Shown one piece after another: positions 47,184 through 56,350 of a stretch of DNA of 64,000 bases. Each line of letters opens with the position of its first letter. The first letter of the stretch is position 1. The stretch spans positions 352,001 through 416,000 of the forward strand of contig CBDFLQ010000007.1 of NCBI GenBank assembly GCA_965249275.1. Reading direction: 5' to 3'. A program made the position numbers and the translations under genes. The DNA comes from Dehalococcoidia bacterium (GTDB taxonomy: Bacteria; Chloroflexota; Dehalococcoidia; Plut-88900). The notes beneath the pieces were generated by a model. The model had not been told where the DNA came from. It did no database searches and saw only the letters and a program-made list of their open reading frames with translations.

Positions 47184-47651
47184 ATGGCTTCAGACTCCCG
47201 CATAGATCCCGCCATCGAGGCGTATACCCCGTGGCTATCCCCGCGCAAGAAGACCATCGTCGGGGGGATAGTCCTCATTCTGGCCCTCGCTACCATCATT
47301 TCTCTCATTGCCTTCAACGTCGGGCAGGCCTTCCTGGAAGTGAGCGAGGTACAGCAGAGAGGCTCGATGATCCATGGGCAGGACATCAAAATCAACGGCA
47401 TCATCGTCCCCGGCTCCATCGAATACGGCGACCAGGAAGACGTGTCCTTCCAGGTGCTGGACGCCAAGAAGAAGTCTGGCGAACCGCTGGATGTGACATT
47501 CGCGGGCGTACCTCCCGGACAATTCGACGTCCCATCGGTAGAGGTCGTCCTGGAGGGCAGCCTGGAACCCGACAACATATTCCACGCCACCAGCATCATA
47601 ACCAGGGAGTCCCGACAGTACATACCGGTCACCGAGCAAGAACCCAACTGA
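47184..47651 (+). CDS. ccmE: Haem chaperone CcmE, variant motif
   Basis: N-terminal TM, G.IVPGSI, V.F.G..P..F, VVLEG..F.A..I.TRESRQY; follows ccmABCD. Confidence 0.85.
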   Translation: MASDSRIDPAIEAYTPWLSPRKKTIVGGIVLILALATIISLIAFNVGQAFLEVSEVQQRGSMIHGQDIKINGIIVPGSIEYGDQEDVSFQVLDAKKKSGEPLDVTFAGVPPGQFDVPSVEVVLEGSLEPDNIFHATSIITRESRQYIPVTEQEPN

Positions 47652-47677
47652 ACAAACAGGAAGAGAGCTATACCCCC

Positions 47678-48820
47678 ATGAAAGCAGTACAGCTGATCAC
47701 GAGCGGCGACTACCAGTCCCACTATCTCATCGATGACCATGAGTCCTGGAAGGAAGAAGTGCAAGTCCATGAAGGCTACGGGCTCGACAGGTTCGAATAC
47801 CGGGATATCCCCCGCCCCGAGCCCGGTCTCGGTCAGGTCGTTGTCCAGATCAAGGCCTGCGGCCTGAACCATTTGGACGCATGGGCCGCCAAGGCTCCCA
47901 GGGCTGCAATCAGGGAGAAACCGGTAACTCCCGGGGCGGATATGGCTGGTGTCGTAGATCAAATAGGACCGGGAGTCACTAATGTATCTGTAGGGGACAG
48001 GGTAATGGTCTACCCCGGAGTAAAGTGCAACAGTTGCCGATATTGCCTTGCAGGCCGCGACAACCTCTGCCCCAACAAGCCTGGTTTCGGGAGCGGTTGG
48101 GACGGCGGGCTCGCCGAGTACGCGCTGGTACCCGAGCAGAGCATCATCCCCGTCCCCGACAACGTATCCCTCATCGACGCCGCCTCCATGCCCATAATCT
48201 TCATGACCGTCTGGCATATGCTGGTCACCAGGGCCCGAGTCCAACCGGGCGACACCGTGCTTGTCAACGCTGCGGGAAGCGGCGTGGGTATCGCCGGAAT
48301 TCAGATAGCCAAGCTTTTCCACGCCCGGGTGATAGCCAGCGCCGGCTCCGACCCCAAGCTCGAGAAGGCCCGGAAGCTCGGGGCAGACGACGTCATCAAC
48401 TACACCACCTCCTCAATTAAGGAAGATGTAAAGCGGCTCACAGACGGTTACGGCGTCGACATCGTAGTAGACAGCCTCTCAGGCAACCTGGCGGAGGAGA
48501 GCATCGAGGCCCTCGCAGTCGGCGGCCGGTTCGTTAACTGCGGCTGCACGCTGGGCAACTGGGCAACGGTCAACGTAGCCCGCATGCTGTTCAAGGAGAC
48601 CTCGGTACTGGGCTCGGTGATGGGCACCCACCGAGAACTGGTCGAGTGTCTGCGCCTGGTCTCGGAAGGGAAGCTACGCGCTGTAATCGACCAGGTGTAT
48701 CCCCTGTCGCAAGTCAAAGATGCAGTATCTTACCTGCTAGAGCGCCGGGTATTCGGCAAAGTGATGGTAGTCCCCGACAGCCAGTACCCGCCCTCCGAGC
48801 CCTACTCCACCCTGGACTAG
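47678..48820 (+). CDS. Zinc-binding MDR dehydrogenase/quinone reductase-like protein
   Basis: MKAVQL, ACGLNHLD, CNSCRYC...NLC, AAGSGVG, FGKVMV. Confidence 0.9.
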   Translation: MKAVQLITSGDYQSHYLIDDHESWKEEVQVHEGYGLDRFEYRDIPRPEPGLGQVVVQIKACGLNHLDAWAAKAPRAAIREKPVTPGADMAGVVDQIGPGVTNVSVGDRVMVYPGVKCNSCRYCLAGRDNLCPNKPGFGSGWDGGLAEYALVPEQSIIPVPDNVSLIDAASMPIIFMTVWHMLVTRARVQPGDTVLVNAAGSGVGIAGIQIAKLFHARVIASAGSDPKLEKARKLGADDVINYTTSSIKEDVKRLTDGYGVDIVVDSLSGNLAEESIEALAVGGRFVNCGCTLGNWATVNVARMLFKETSVLGSVMGTHRELVECLRLVSEGKLRAVIDQVYPLSQVKDAVSYLLERRVFGKVMVVPDSQYPPSEPYSTLD

Positions 48821-48839
48821 CTCCGAAGCCTCACGCGTC

Positions 48840-50141
48840 TTACATGAGACGCGTGGGCATGGGTGTATTCCCATTCTTGAACCGGTCCACGGAGAAATGC
48901 TGCCAGGGGATGGAAGACTTTCCATCGACTATCAGGTCTGCGGTCAGCTTTCCCGCCACCGGGCCCAGGCCAAATCCGTGGCCACTGTACCCCATCGAGA
49001 GGAATAGGCCCTCGGGTTTGCCGGCAGGACCGAGCACCGGCACCAGGTCCGGAGTGGTGTCTATATACCCCGCCCAACTTCTTTCGATTTTAAGCTGGCG
49101 CAGCTTGGGTATCAATTTGCCCGCCGCATTAAACTGACGCGTTACCTTATTCAGAGCCTTTCTCGGCTCCTTGCCGACCGGCGCTACAATCGTGGACCGT
49201 TTGCCCTGCAGGGAAGCCAGGAAGAGCTTCACGTCGTGTTTCAACAGCTCCATGTCCACCCGCATGGTTATGCTCTTGCGCTGCTTTATGAGCCTGGGAA
49301 GCCACACTCTCAGGTCTCGAAGATCGTGCAACGATAGTTCATGATAGACATCCTGCCGTCGATAACCGTTGCTGACCCGGACCGGCCCTGAGGCCGTCTG
49401 CCTAAAGCAGTAGTAGCCGCCTCTCACGAATTGCTCGATTATCGGCGGGGCTGGTCCGGTCTCACCCTGCGAAAGCGTCACTATCTGTACAGGAATGTGA
49501 ACGCCCAGCCGATCGGCGAGACGGTATGCCCAGACGCCCGCTGCAAGCACCACGACGCCGGTCTCAATCTCTCCCTGCGTAGTCTCGACTGACGAGACAC
49601 GGCCCCCGGTGACGCCTATGTTGGTTGCCACGCAGCCGGTACGGATCTCGGCGCCGTTTTCCCGGGCCGCATTGGCAAAACCGTTCACCACCTTGGTCGG
49701 GTTCACGTGACCTTCGTCAGCGGAGTAGGCCATCGCCTCAAGGTGGCCTTCCACCACCGGGAACCGGGTCCTGACCTGCTCTATAGTCAGCATCTCCAGT
49801 TGGATGCCCCCGTCGCGCGCAGCCTCCACCATCTCCTCGAAATAAGGCATGTCCTCTGCCGACTCGGCTGGAAGCAGTCGGCCCTTCTTGACGAACTCGA
49901 TCTCGTAGCCGATGTCTTCGCTGAGGCCGTCGTAGATGGCAAGGCTTTCCCGAGCCAGCTCGAACTCCCCTGCCTGCTTGCCCAGCAGTCCCACCGCCGC
50001 AACGGTCCGCCCGGAGGCCTCGTAGGCCACGTCGTCCTTCTCAAGCACCACCACGCGTTTGCCCCTCTTGGACAGGTTGTAGGCTATGGAGCAGCCCGTT
50101 ATTCCGCCGCCTATTACTACGGCATCAGCTTTGGTTAACAT
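48840..50141 (-). CDS. FAD-dependent amino-acid oxidase (DAO family)
   Basis: VIGGGITG, EASGR, LAAGVW, WAGYIDTTPD, GYSGHGFGLGP. Confidence 0.9.
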   Translation of the reverse strand: MLTKADAVVIGGGITGCSIAYNLSKRGKRVVVLEKDDVAYEASGRTVAAVGLLGKQAGEFELARESLAIYDGLSEDIGYEIEFVKKGRLLPAESAEDMPYFEEMVEAARDGGIQLEMLTIEQVRTRFPVVEGHLEAMAYSADEGHVNPTKVVNGFANAARENGAEIRTGCVATNIGVTGGRVSSVETTQGEIETGVVVLAAGVWAYRLADRLGVHIPVQIVTLSQGETGPAPPIIEQFVRGGYYCFRQTASGPVRVSNGYRRQDVYHELSLHDLRDLRVWLPRLIKQRKSITMRVDMELLKHDVKLFLASLQGKRSTIVAPVGKEPRKALNKVTRQFNAAGKLIPKLRQLKIERSWAGYIDTTPDLVPVLGPAGKPEGLFLSMGYSGHGFGLGPVAGKLTADLIVDGKSSIPWQHFSVDRFKNGNTPMPTRLM

Positions 50142-50662
50142 TCGAGCCCTTTCTCAACTCTGCCCGCAAGTTGGACTGTCATCGGGACTTCCACGCAGCC
50201 GTTGTTGTGCAATGGGCAATACGCACAGTCCTTTTCCAGCTTGGGGATCGGGACGGTGGCCCTGGCGAACCCCATCCCTTCAAACGCACCCGTAGCGTAG
50301 GTCTGGGTCAGCGTGTGAAGAGTATCGTAGCCCTTCTCCCTGGCCGCCTCCTGGCATCGCTTGATCAGCTTGGATGCGATGCCCCGGCGCTGGAATCGCT
50401 CCTCGACGGCCAGCGACCTGAGCTCAGCTATACCGTCGTACTCCATGAGAGATGCGCAGCCTGCGAACTCGCCCTCGGTAGCGGCTATGAAGAACCGGCC
50501 CTCGGACACCAGAGACCGAACTTCATCCTCACCCACCGGCAGGAGAAAACCCTCCGCCGCTTCCCCCGAGTGCCGAAACCGATAAAGCTCTATCAGGCGG
50601 CTTATCGGCGCTACGTGCTCGGGGCCCGCTTTTGATATCCGAACGGACTTGGTTACTGTCAT
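50135..50662 (-). CDS. GNAT acetyltransferase, short ArgA-like
   Basis: GCASL, AELRSLAV...QRRGIA, DCAYCP...C.E..M. Confidence 0.8.
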   Translation of the reverse strand: MTVTKSVRISKAGPEHVAPISRLIELYRFRHSGEAAEGFLLPVGEDEVRSLVSEGRFFIAATEGEFAGCASLMEYDGIAELRSLAVEERFQRRGIASKLIKRCQEAAREKGYDTLHTLTQTYATGAFEGMGFARATVPIPKLEKDCAYCPLHNNGCVEVPMTVQLAGRVEKGLEC

Positions 50663-50682
50663 GTCTAAAGCCTAAGTCCGTC

Positions 50683-51999
50683 TCACATCAAACGTGGCGG
50701 AACCGGTGTCTTCTCCTCTGCAAACCGACTCGGTCTGAAGGAATTGATGTCTACCGATGTCCTTCCATCGATGATCAGGTCTGCCAGCAACTTCCCAACT
50801 ATCGGCCCAACCGCAAAGCCATGTCCACTGAAGCCCGTCGCCAGGTAAAACCCCTCAATCCCCTTCACCGGCCCGATGATAGGCAGAAAGTCGGGCGTCA
50901 TGTCCACGTAACCACCCCACGTCCGAGTCAAGCGCAGTCCCTTCATTTCCGGCACCAGCTGTCCCACCAGCTTCAGTTTGCGTGCTATGTTCTCGGGTTG
51001 GGGTATCGGCTCGGTCCCGACAGGGGCAGGGTTGCTGTGCCCTGTCCCCGTCACCTTCTTGACTAGCGCTGCAAAATCCAGCTTGAGGATGTCCCGGTTC
51101 AACTTCAATGAAACGTCTCCCCGGTACTTGAGTAACCGGGGAATCCAGACCGCCAGGTCCCGCAGGTCATGCAGCGACAGGTCGTGATAGACGTCCAGCT
51201 TGCGGTAGCCGCCCGTGACCCGGAACGTCCCCGAGGCCGTCTGCCGAGACCCGTAGGTCGGACCTCTCAGGAAGCAGTCGAAGAGGCGGGGCGCGGGTTC
51301 CGTCTCCCCCTGCACGACCTTGATCAGCTGTATAGGCAGCTTAACACCCAGCCGGTCGGCGAGACGGTAGCCCCAAACACCAGCCGCGTCCAGGACCACG
51401 GGAGTAGAAATCTCTCCACGATTCGTTACCACTGAAGCGACCTTACCCGCCCTAGTGACTACCTCAGTTGCGAGGCAGCCCGTAACTATCTGCGCGCCGT
51501 ACTCGCGGGCAGATCTGGCGAAAGAATCCACCACTTTCACAGGGTTTACGTGGCCCTCGTGCGGGGACCACGCAGCCCTGATGAAGGGGCCTTGCAGAAA
51601 GGGCCACTTGGCCCGGGCCTGGGCCGCATCGTACCACTGGATTTCGACACCCGATTTCTCCGCCCCCTTGATCATCTCCTCGAACAGCGGGATGTCTTCC
51701 TCGGTGTTGGCGATAACCAGCCTGCCGCCGTTGATCAGCTCTATATCCGTGCCCAGCTCGTCGTTCAGACCGAACCAGATCTCCATGCTGGCCTGGGCGA
51801 GGGCGAACTCGTCGGGGTGGTGTTTCCCAACCAGGCCGACAGCCGCCATCGTACGGCCGGAGGCCTCGTGTGCGATATCATCCTTCTCGAGGACCGCCAC
51901 CCGCCAGCCGCGCTTGGCCAGCCGGTACGCCGTGGAGCAACCGGTGATTCCAGCGCCGACGATTACCGCGTCGGCTTCGGTCGGAAATCCACTATCCAT
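50683..51999 (-). CDS. FAD-dependent amino-acid oxidase (DAO family), paralog
   Basis: IVGAGITG, EASGR, WGGYVDMTPD, GFSGHGFAVGP. Confidence 0.9.
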   Translation of the reverse strand: MDSGFPTEADAVIVGAGITGCSTAYRLAKRGWRVAVLEKDDIAHEASGRTMAAVGLVGKHHPDEFALAQASMEIWFGLNDELGTDIELINGGRLVIANTEEDIPLFEEMIKGAEKSGVEIQWYDAAQARAKWPFLQGPFIRAAWSPHEGHVNPVKVVDSFARSAREYGAQIVTGCLATEVVTRAGKVASVVTNRGEISTPVVLDAAGVWGYRLADRLGVKLPIQLIKVVQGETEPAPRLFDCFLRGPTYGSRQTASGTFRVTGGYRKLDVYHDLSLHDLRDLAVWIPRLLKYRGDVSLKLNRDILKLDFAALVKKVTGTGHSNPAPVGTEPIPQPENIARKLKLVGQLVPEMKGLRLTRTWGGYVDMTPDFLPIIGPVKGIEGFYLATGFSGHGFAVGPIVGKLLADLIIDGRTSVDINSFRPSRFAEEKTPVPPRLM

Positions 52000-52104
52000 T
52001 CGGTGACTTTAACAGCACGACTTACCCCATTCAAGACCGTGTACTGGTTTGCCAAGCGATGCCCCTCAACCCCATCCCCTCAAACGTGTACTCTCGATGC
52101 CTTT

Positions 52105-52296
52105 CACTCTGTCATCCCCAGGTCCCGCGCTGCAAGCCCACCGAGGCAGGAGGAATCTCGGACTCGCCTCCTCCCGAGGGGAGCCCGTCCGCCTAAGGCG
52201 GATCATTCCGGCCGCCGAGAACCGGCTATAAGTGCGCCGAGGCGTGAATCCATCCCTGGGTAGGGCCGCTCACCCTGAGCACCGTCGAAGGGTCGA
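52105..52296. repeat. REP-like palindrome cluster
   Basis: ctgtcatccc...ggaatctc, tccgcctaaggcgga, ccgctcaccctgagcaccgtcgaagggtcga (inverse of 1528-1558). Confidence 0.65.
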
Positions 52297-52361
52297 GCGA
52301 GGGGAGGGGCCCACGTTGTCAGTCCGTCGTGGTCGTCCCCCCCAAAAGTGACACGAACCCC

Positions 52362-52391
52362 TTGACCAGAGTTGTACACATGTACTATATT
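52362..52391 (+). promoter_or_regulatory. Candidate promoter with a palindromic operator
   Basis: TTGACC-N18-TATATT with GTAC-acat-GTAC in the spacer. Confidence 0.5.
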
Positions 52392-53147
52392 CACACCCGA
52401 CTAGCTCGTCACTCACCCTAAACCCAAGGAGGAACCATAACCCAGGGGGAACCACGGCCCCGGCCCCCGAGGACTCAACGTCCCAGCCCATCCCAAAGGG
52501 CGGCCCATGCCGCCCCACGGCTCAAGCGAAAGCCGCCATCTCCTCTACCAAAGGCCCCGGCTCACCTTCCCCCCGCAACCCAGGCGATGGAAGGCCCACA
52601 GACTATACGCGGCAGGCCCCGTCCAACGACGCCCCTGCCGATTCAACGCTTCCCATTACCGGATGCGTTTACCCCGGCCCATTGCGCGCCGGTTTTCCCG
52701 GTAGGTCAACCGACCCCCGGTTTAGCAAGGCCCTCGTGTCCTTGTTTGTCCCGCCGTCCCTGCCATCCGTCTCTACGACCGATGCACCGGGACGCCGGTT
52801 CTGAAAGTCCGCCTCAAGCGGCATGTTCCCCGTCAGCGGTCCGGTCATGTGCCGCTGCCGGTGGGATCGGCCCCACACAACCCTGACCGCGGCCGACAAC
52901 GTGTGGGGATAAGCCAGCCCGGCGCCGATGGCCCGGCAACAACCCCCGGCCTGGATTCTAGTCACGGACCTTCCATCGCCTGCCCCCTCCCAAACAAAAC
53001 CGAGACACCATCACCACATTTCAATAGAACCTGGGAAGCGTAGATCATCGCTCCTCATGGAAGGAGGTTCTCCAACTATCGGATATGTACGCACAATTTT
53101 GCCCATCCTTGACCCGACACCACCCCTGTGCTACAAAGGGGCCGCTT

Positions 53148-54584
53148 ATGGACAACCCATCCGTCCCCCGCCCCGACATCGACGCTATTCTCAATCCCGG
53201 CTCCATCGCCGTCGTCGGTGCGTCAACCCACCCCGCAAAGCAGGGCCACACCTACGTAAGCGCTCTCCGCGAGTTTGGCTTTCAGGGCCAGGTCTACCCC
53301 ATCAATCCGAAGGCCGAGGAGGTGGCTGGGTACACCTGCTACCCCTCCCTCAAGGACGTGCCCGGCCCCGTGGACTACGTCATCTCCGCCGTGCCCGCTC
53401 CCCTTCTTCCTCAAGTCATGAAGGATGCCCGCGGCAAGCAGGTCAAGGGAATCCACCTGTTCACTGCACGAATGGCCGAGATGGCCACCGAGGAGGGACT
53501 CGCGCTGGAAGCCGGCATCATCAGGTCAGCAAGGGAGCTCGGGGCACGGATAATCGGGCCCAACTGCATGGGTCTGTACAATCCCGGTCACGGCATCTCC
53601 TTCAGACAAAACCTTCCGAAGCAGCCCGGCCACGTGGGATTCCTCAGCCAGAGCGGCGGCAACACGGTGGAGTTCGTCTACCGCGCCTCGCTGCGTGGCG
53701 TCTTCTTCAGCAAGGCCGTGAGCTACGGCAACGCCGCCGACCTCAACGAGTGCGACCTACTGGAGTATTTCACCCACGACCCCGAGACCTCGATCATCGC
53801 CTGCTACATTGAGGGCATCAGGGGCGGGCCCCGCTTCTTTGAAGTCCTTTCGCAAGCGGCATCGGTAAAGCCCGTCGTGTTGCTGAAGGGGGGTCGAGGG
53901 AAAGCCGGGACACGGGCGGTCGCCTCTCATACCGCCTCCCTAGCCGGGTCCACACAAATATGGCGCTCTGCCGTGACCCAGGCCGGGGCAATCTGGGCCG
54001 AGACCATAGAGGAGATGACCGATATCGCAGTGGCGCTGCGCTTTATGGAGCGGCCTCGGGGCCCGAGGGTCGGGATCATCTGTGGTGGAGGTGGCAACAC
54101 CGTACACAGCGCCGACATCTGCGAAGCCGCAGGACTCACGGTCGAACCTCTGCCCGAGTCCGCGCGCTCGGGTTTCAAGGAACATCTTCCCGACACCTGG
54201 TTCCACACCAACAACCCCTTTGATTTATCGGGCATTATGTCGAGCGACGACCACGGCATGACCATGCCCCTCGCCGTGCGTCTCATGGCCGAAAGCGGGG
54301 CCTTCGACCTGATCCTCATAGACCCCGACATAGATTTCCACTTCGACCATCAACTGGCTCGGGGGCGGGTTTTCCGCCTTATGGAGATCCTCACCAAGCT
54401 GCCCAAAGAGATCAAGATCCCCGTAGCAATGATCATCCGTCCCGGTGACGCGTTGGAAGAGTGGCGCTGGCGCGCCGTCACCGAGCTTCAACAAATGGCC
54501 TGGGAAGCGGGAGTCCCGGTGTACAACTCGATGCCTCGGGCCGCCGCCTGCATCACGAAAGTATTGGCCAGTCCCGGGCACTGA
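53148..54584 (+). CDS. Acyl-CoA synthetase (NDP-forming) alpha subunit / CoA-binding protein
   Basis: LNPGSIAVVGAS, YPINP, IIGPNCMG, SQSGG, SYGN..DL, SHTASLAG, NPFDL. Confidence 0.9.
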   Translation: MDNPSVPRPDIDAILNPGSIAVVGASTHPAKQGHTYVSALREFGFQGQVYPINPKAEEVAGYTCYPSLKDVPGPVDYVISAVPAPLLPQVMKDARGKQVKGIHLFTARMAEMATEEGLALEAGIIRSARELGARIIGPNCMGLYNPGHGISFRQNLPKQPGHVGFLSQSGGNTVEFVYRASLRGVFFSKAVSYGNAADLNECDLLEYFTHDPETSIIACYIEGIRGGPRFFEVLSQAASVKPVVLLKGGRGKAGTRAVASHTASLAGSTQIWRSAVTQAGAIWAETIEEMTDIAVALRFMERPRGPRVGIICGGGGNTVHSADICEAAGLTVEPLPESARSGFKEHLPDTWFHTNNPFDLSGIMSSDDHGMTMPLAVRLMAESGAFDLILIDPDIDFHFDHQLARGRVFRLMEILTKLPKEIKIPVAMIIRPGDALEEWRWRAVTELQQMAWEAGVPVYNSMPRAAACITKVLASPGH

Positions 54585-54619
54585 CCTAGTGGGGACAAAT
54601 CGTCCCTCTCTCCGATTCC

Positions 54620-56341
54620 CTAGCGACGCCCGAATTCCTTTTCAAGCAGGCTGGAACTCAAGTGCACCAGCGTTGGCCTGCCGTGAGGACAGGTGTGGGG
54701 GCTCGCCGCCTGCTCCAGCAGACGCACAACCTCTTCCATCGACGCCTGTTGCAGCACGTCCCCGGCACGTATGGCGCTATGGCAGGCTATGGATGCAGCC
54801 AGCCGCTCCTCGCTTTGCTCTGGGGAGGCGGGATCGAGCAGGGAGTCCAGGACGTCCAGGAAAGCTCGGTCCGGGGCTCGGGCCGAAAGCATGGCCGGGA
54901 CTGCTCTGAGCACGTACGCTCCATCTCCGAACGGTTCGACGTCAAACCCGTGTCCTCGAAGCAGTTCCTCCACCTGGGTCAGGCTTTCTCTTTGCACAGG
55001 TGAAAGGTCGACGGTAGCAGGAGCCAGCATTCCCTGTACCTGCACTCGCTTCTCCGACCGTTCTTTCAGCACCCTTTCGAAGAGCACCCGTTCGTGGGCA
55101 GCGTGCTGGTCGACCAGGTACATTCCGTCCGGGCCCTCAGCCACTATGTAAGTGTTGCTGACCTGACCGACCACCCTCAGAAGCGGCAGCGTGCTCTTCG
55201 TTAACATCGTGGGAGCAGCAGGTGTATCGTGCGCCGGGACCCGGGGCCCCGATGCCCAACCTAGAAGGTCCGACCCCAGGGGTGTCTTCCTGAAAGAAGT
55301 GTCGGGAGTTGCGCCAGGGACATTGGTGGCTAGGGCTGCAGAATGCACGGGGCTCGATTCGACCAGCGCCTGTCTTACCACCCGCTGAACCAGGCTAAAC
55401 ATCTCCCGGTCTTTCCTGAACCTCACCTCAGTCTTGGAGGGATTCACGTTGACGTCAACATCCGCCGGGGATACCTCGATTAGGAGAACGGCCACGGGCC
55501 TGCGCCCGACCATCAGCAGGTTCTGGTATGCCTCTTCCACTGCGTAGTTGAGCCTCCTGTCCTGGATCCACCGACCGTTCAGGACAAGGGTCACGTATCC
55601 CGTCTGGGCTCGGCTCACCGTTGGCGGGCCTGCCAACCCCTCGACTCTTCCAACGCCATTCTCCTCGCCCGACAACTCCAGCATCGCCGCGGCAGTGTCC
55701 GCTCCATAGACGCTGGAGACCGCTTCGCGTAAGCCACCAGCGCCGGTGGTTGAAAGTGCTTTACGGCCATCGATGGTCAGGCTGAATCTGACCGAGGGCC
55801 GGGCCATCGAGTACCGGGTGACCAGATTGCCGATGCGCCCATTTTCCGTGGCCACGGATTTCATGAACTTCAGCCTGGCTGGGACGTTTTGGAAGAGGTG
55901 GGTTACCCGCACGGTGGTGCCCCGAGGCCTGCCCACCGCTTCCCTTTTCATAAACTCGCCAGCCTGAAGGCGGACCCGGGTCCCGGCCTGCTCACTCTCA
56001 ACTCTCGTCAGCAGTTCCATGTCGGAAACGGAGGCGATGCTAGGCAGGGCCTCACCCCGGAACCCGAGGGTGGCGATCTTCTCAAGGTCGCCGCTGGAGG
56101 TGAGTTTGCTGGTTGCGTGCCTCAGGAAAGCTGTCTCCACGTCGGCGGACGGGATGCCTGCACCGTCGTCCACCACCCGTATGAGCTTCAGCCCCCCACC
56201 CGACACCTCCACTGCGATCTGCGAAGCCCCTGCGTCCAAGCTGTTTTCGACAAGCTCCTTCACCACGGAGGCCGGTCTTTCCACCACCTCCCCGGCAGCG
56301 ATCTGGGCAGCAGTCTCAGGAGTGAGTACCCTAATTGCCAT
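54620..56341 (-). CDS. mutL: DNA mismatch repair endonuclease MutL
   Basis: IAAGEVVERPASVVKELVENSLDAG, GFRGEAL, DQHAAHER, ACH, CPHGRP. Confidence 0.97.
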   Translation of the reverse strand: MAIRVLTPETAAQIAAGEVVERPASVVKELVENSLDAGASQIAVEVSGGGLKLIRVVDDGAGIPSADVETAFLRHATSKLTSSGDLEKIATLGFRGEALPSIASVSDMELLTRVESEQAGTRVRLQAGEFMKREAVGRPRGTTVRVTHLFQNVPARLKFMKSVATENGRIGNLVTRYSMARPSVRFSLTIDGRKALSTTGAGGLREAVSSVYGADTAAAMLELSGEENGVGRVEGLAGPPTVSRAQTGYVTLVLNGRWIQDRRLNYAVEEAYQNLLMVGRRPVAVLLIEVSPADVDVNVNPSKTEVRFRKDREMFSLVQRVVRQALVESSPVHSAALATNVPGATPDTSFRKTPLGSDLLGWASGPRVPAHDTPAAPTMLTKSTLPLLRVVGQVSNTYIVAEGPDGMYLVDQHAAHERVLFERVLKERSEKRVQVQGMLAPATVDLSPVQRESLTQVEELLRGHGFDVEPFGDGAYVLRAVPAMLSARAPDRAFLDVLDSLLDPASPEQSEERLAASIACHSAIRAGDVLQQASMEEVVRLLEQAASPHTCPHGRPTLVHLSSSLLEKEFGRR

Positions 56342-56350
56342 GGCTCGAAC

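Noticed and set aside
47231-47677. N-terminal extension of the 529-aa ADH ORF
   Set aside because: Overlaps ccmE in another frame; the MDR fold begins at MKAVQL (47678)
52600-52960. RNase P, SRP or tmRNA gene
   Set aside because: Hallmark motifs (GAGGAAAGTCC, the SRP GGAA loop with AGCAG, tRNA-like ends) were not found on either strand
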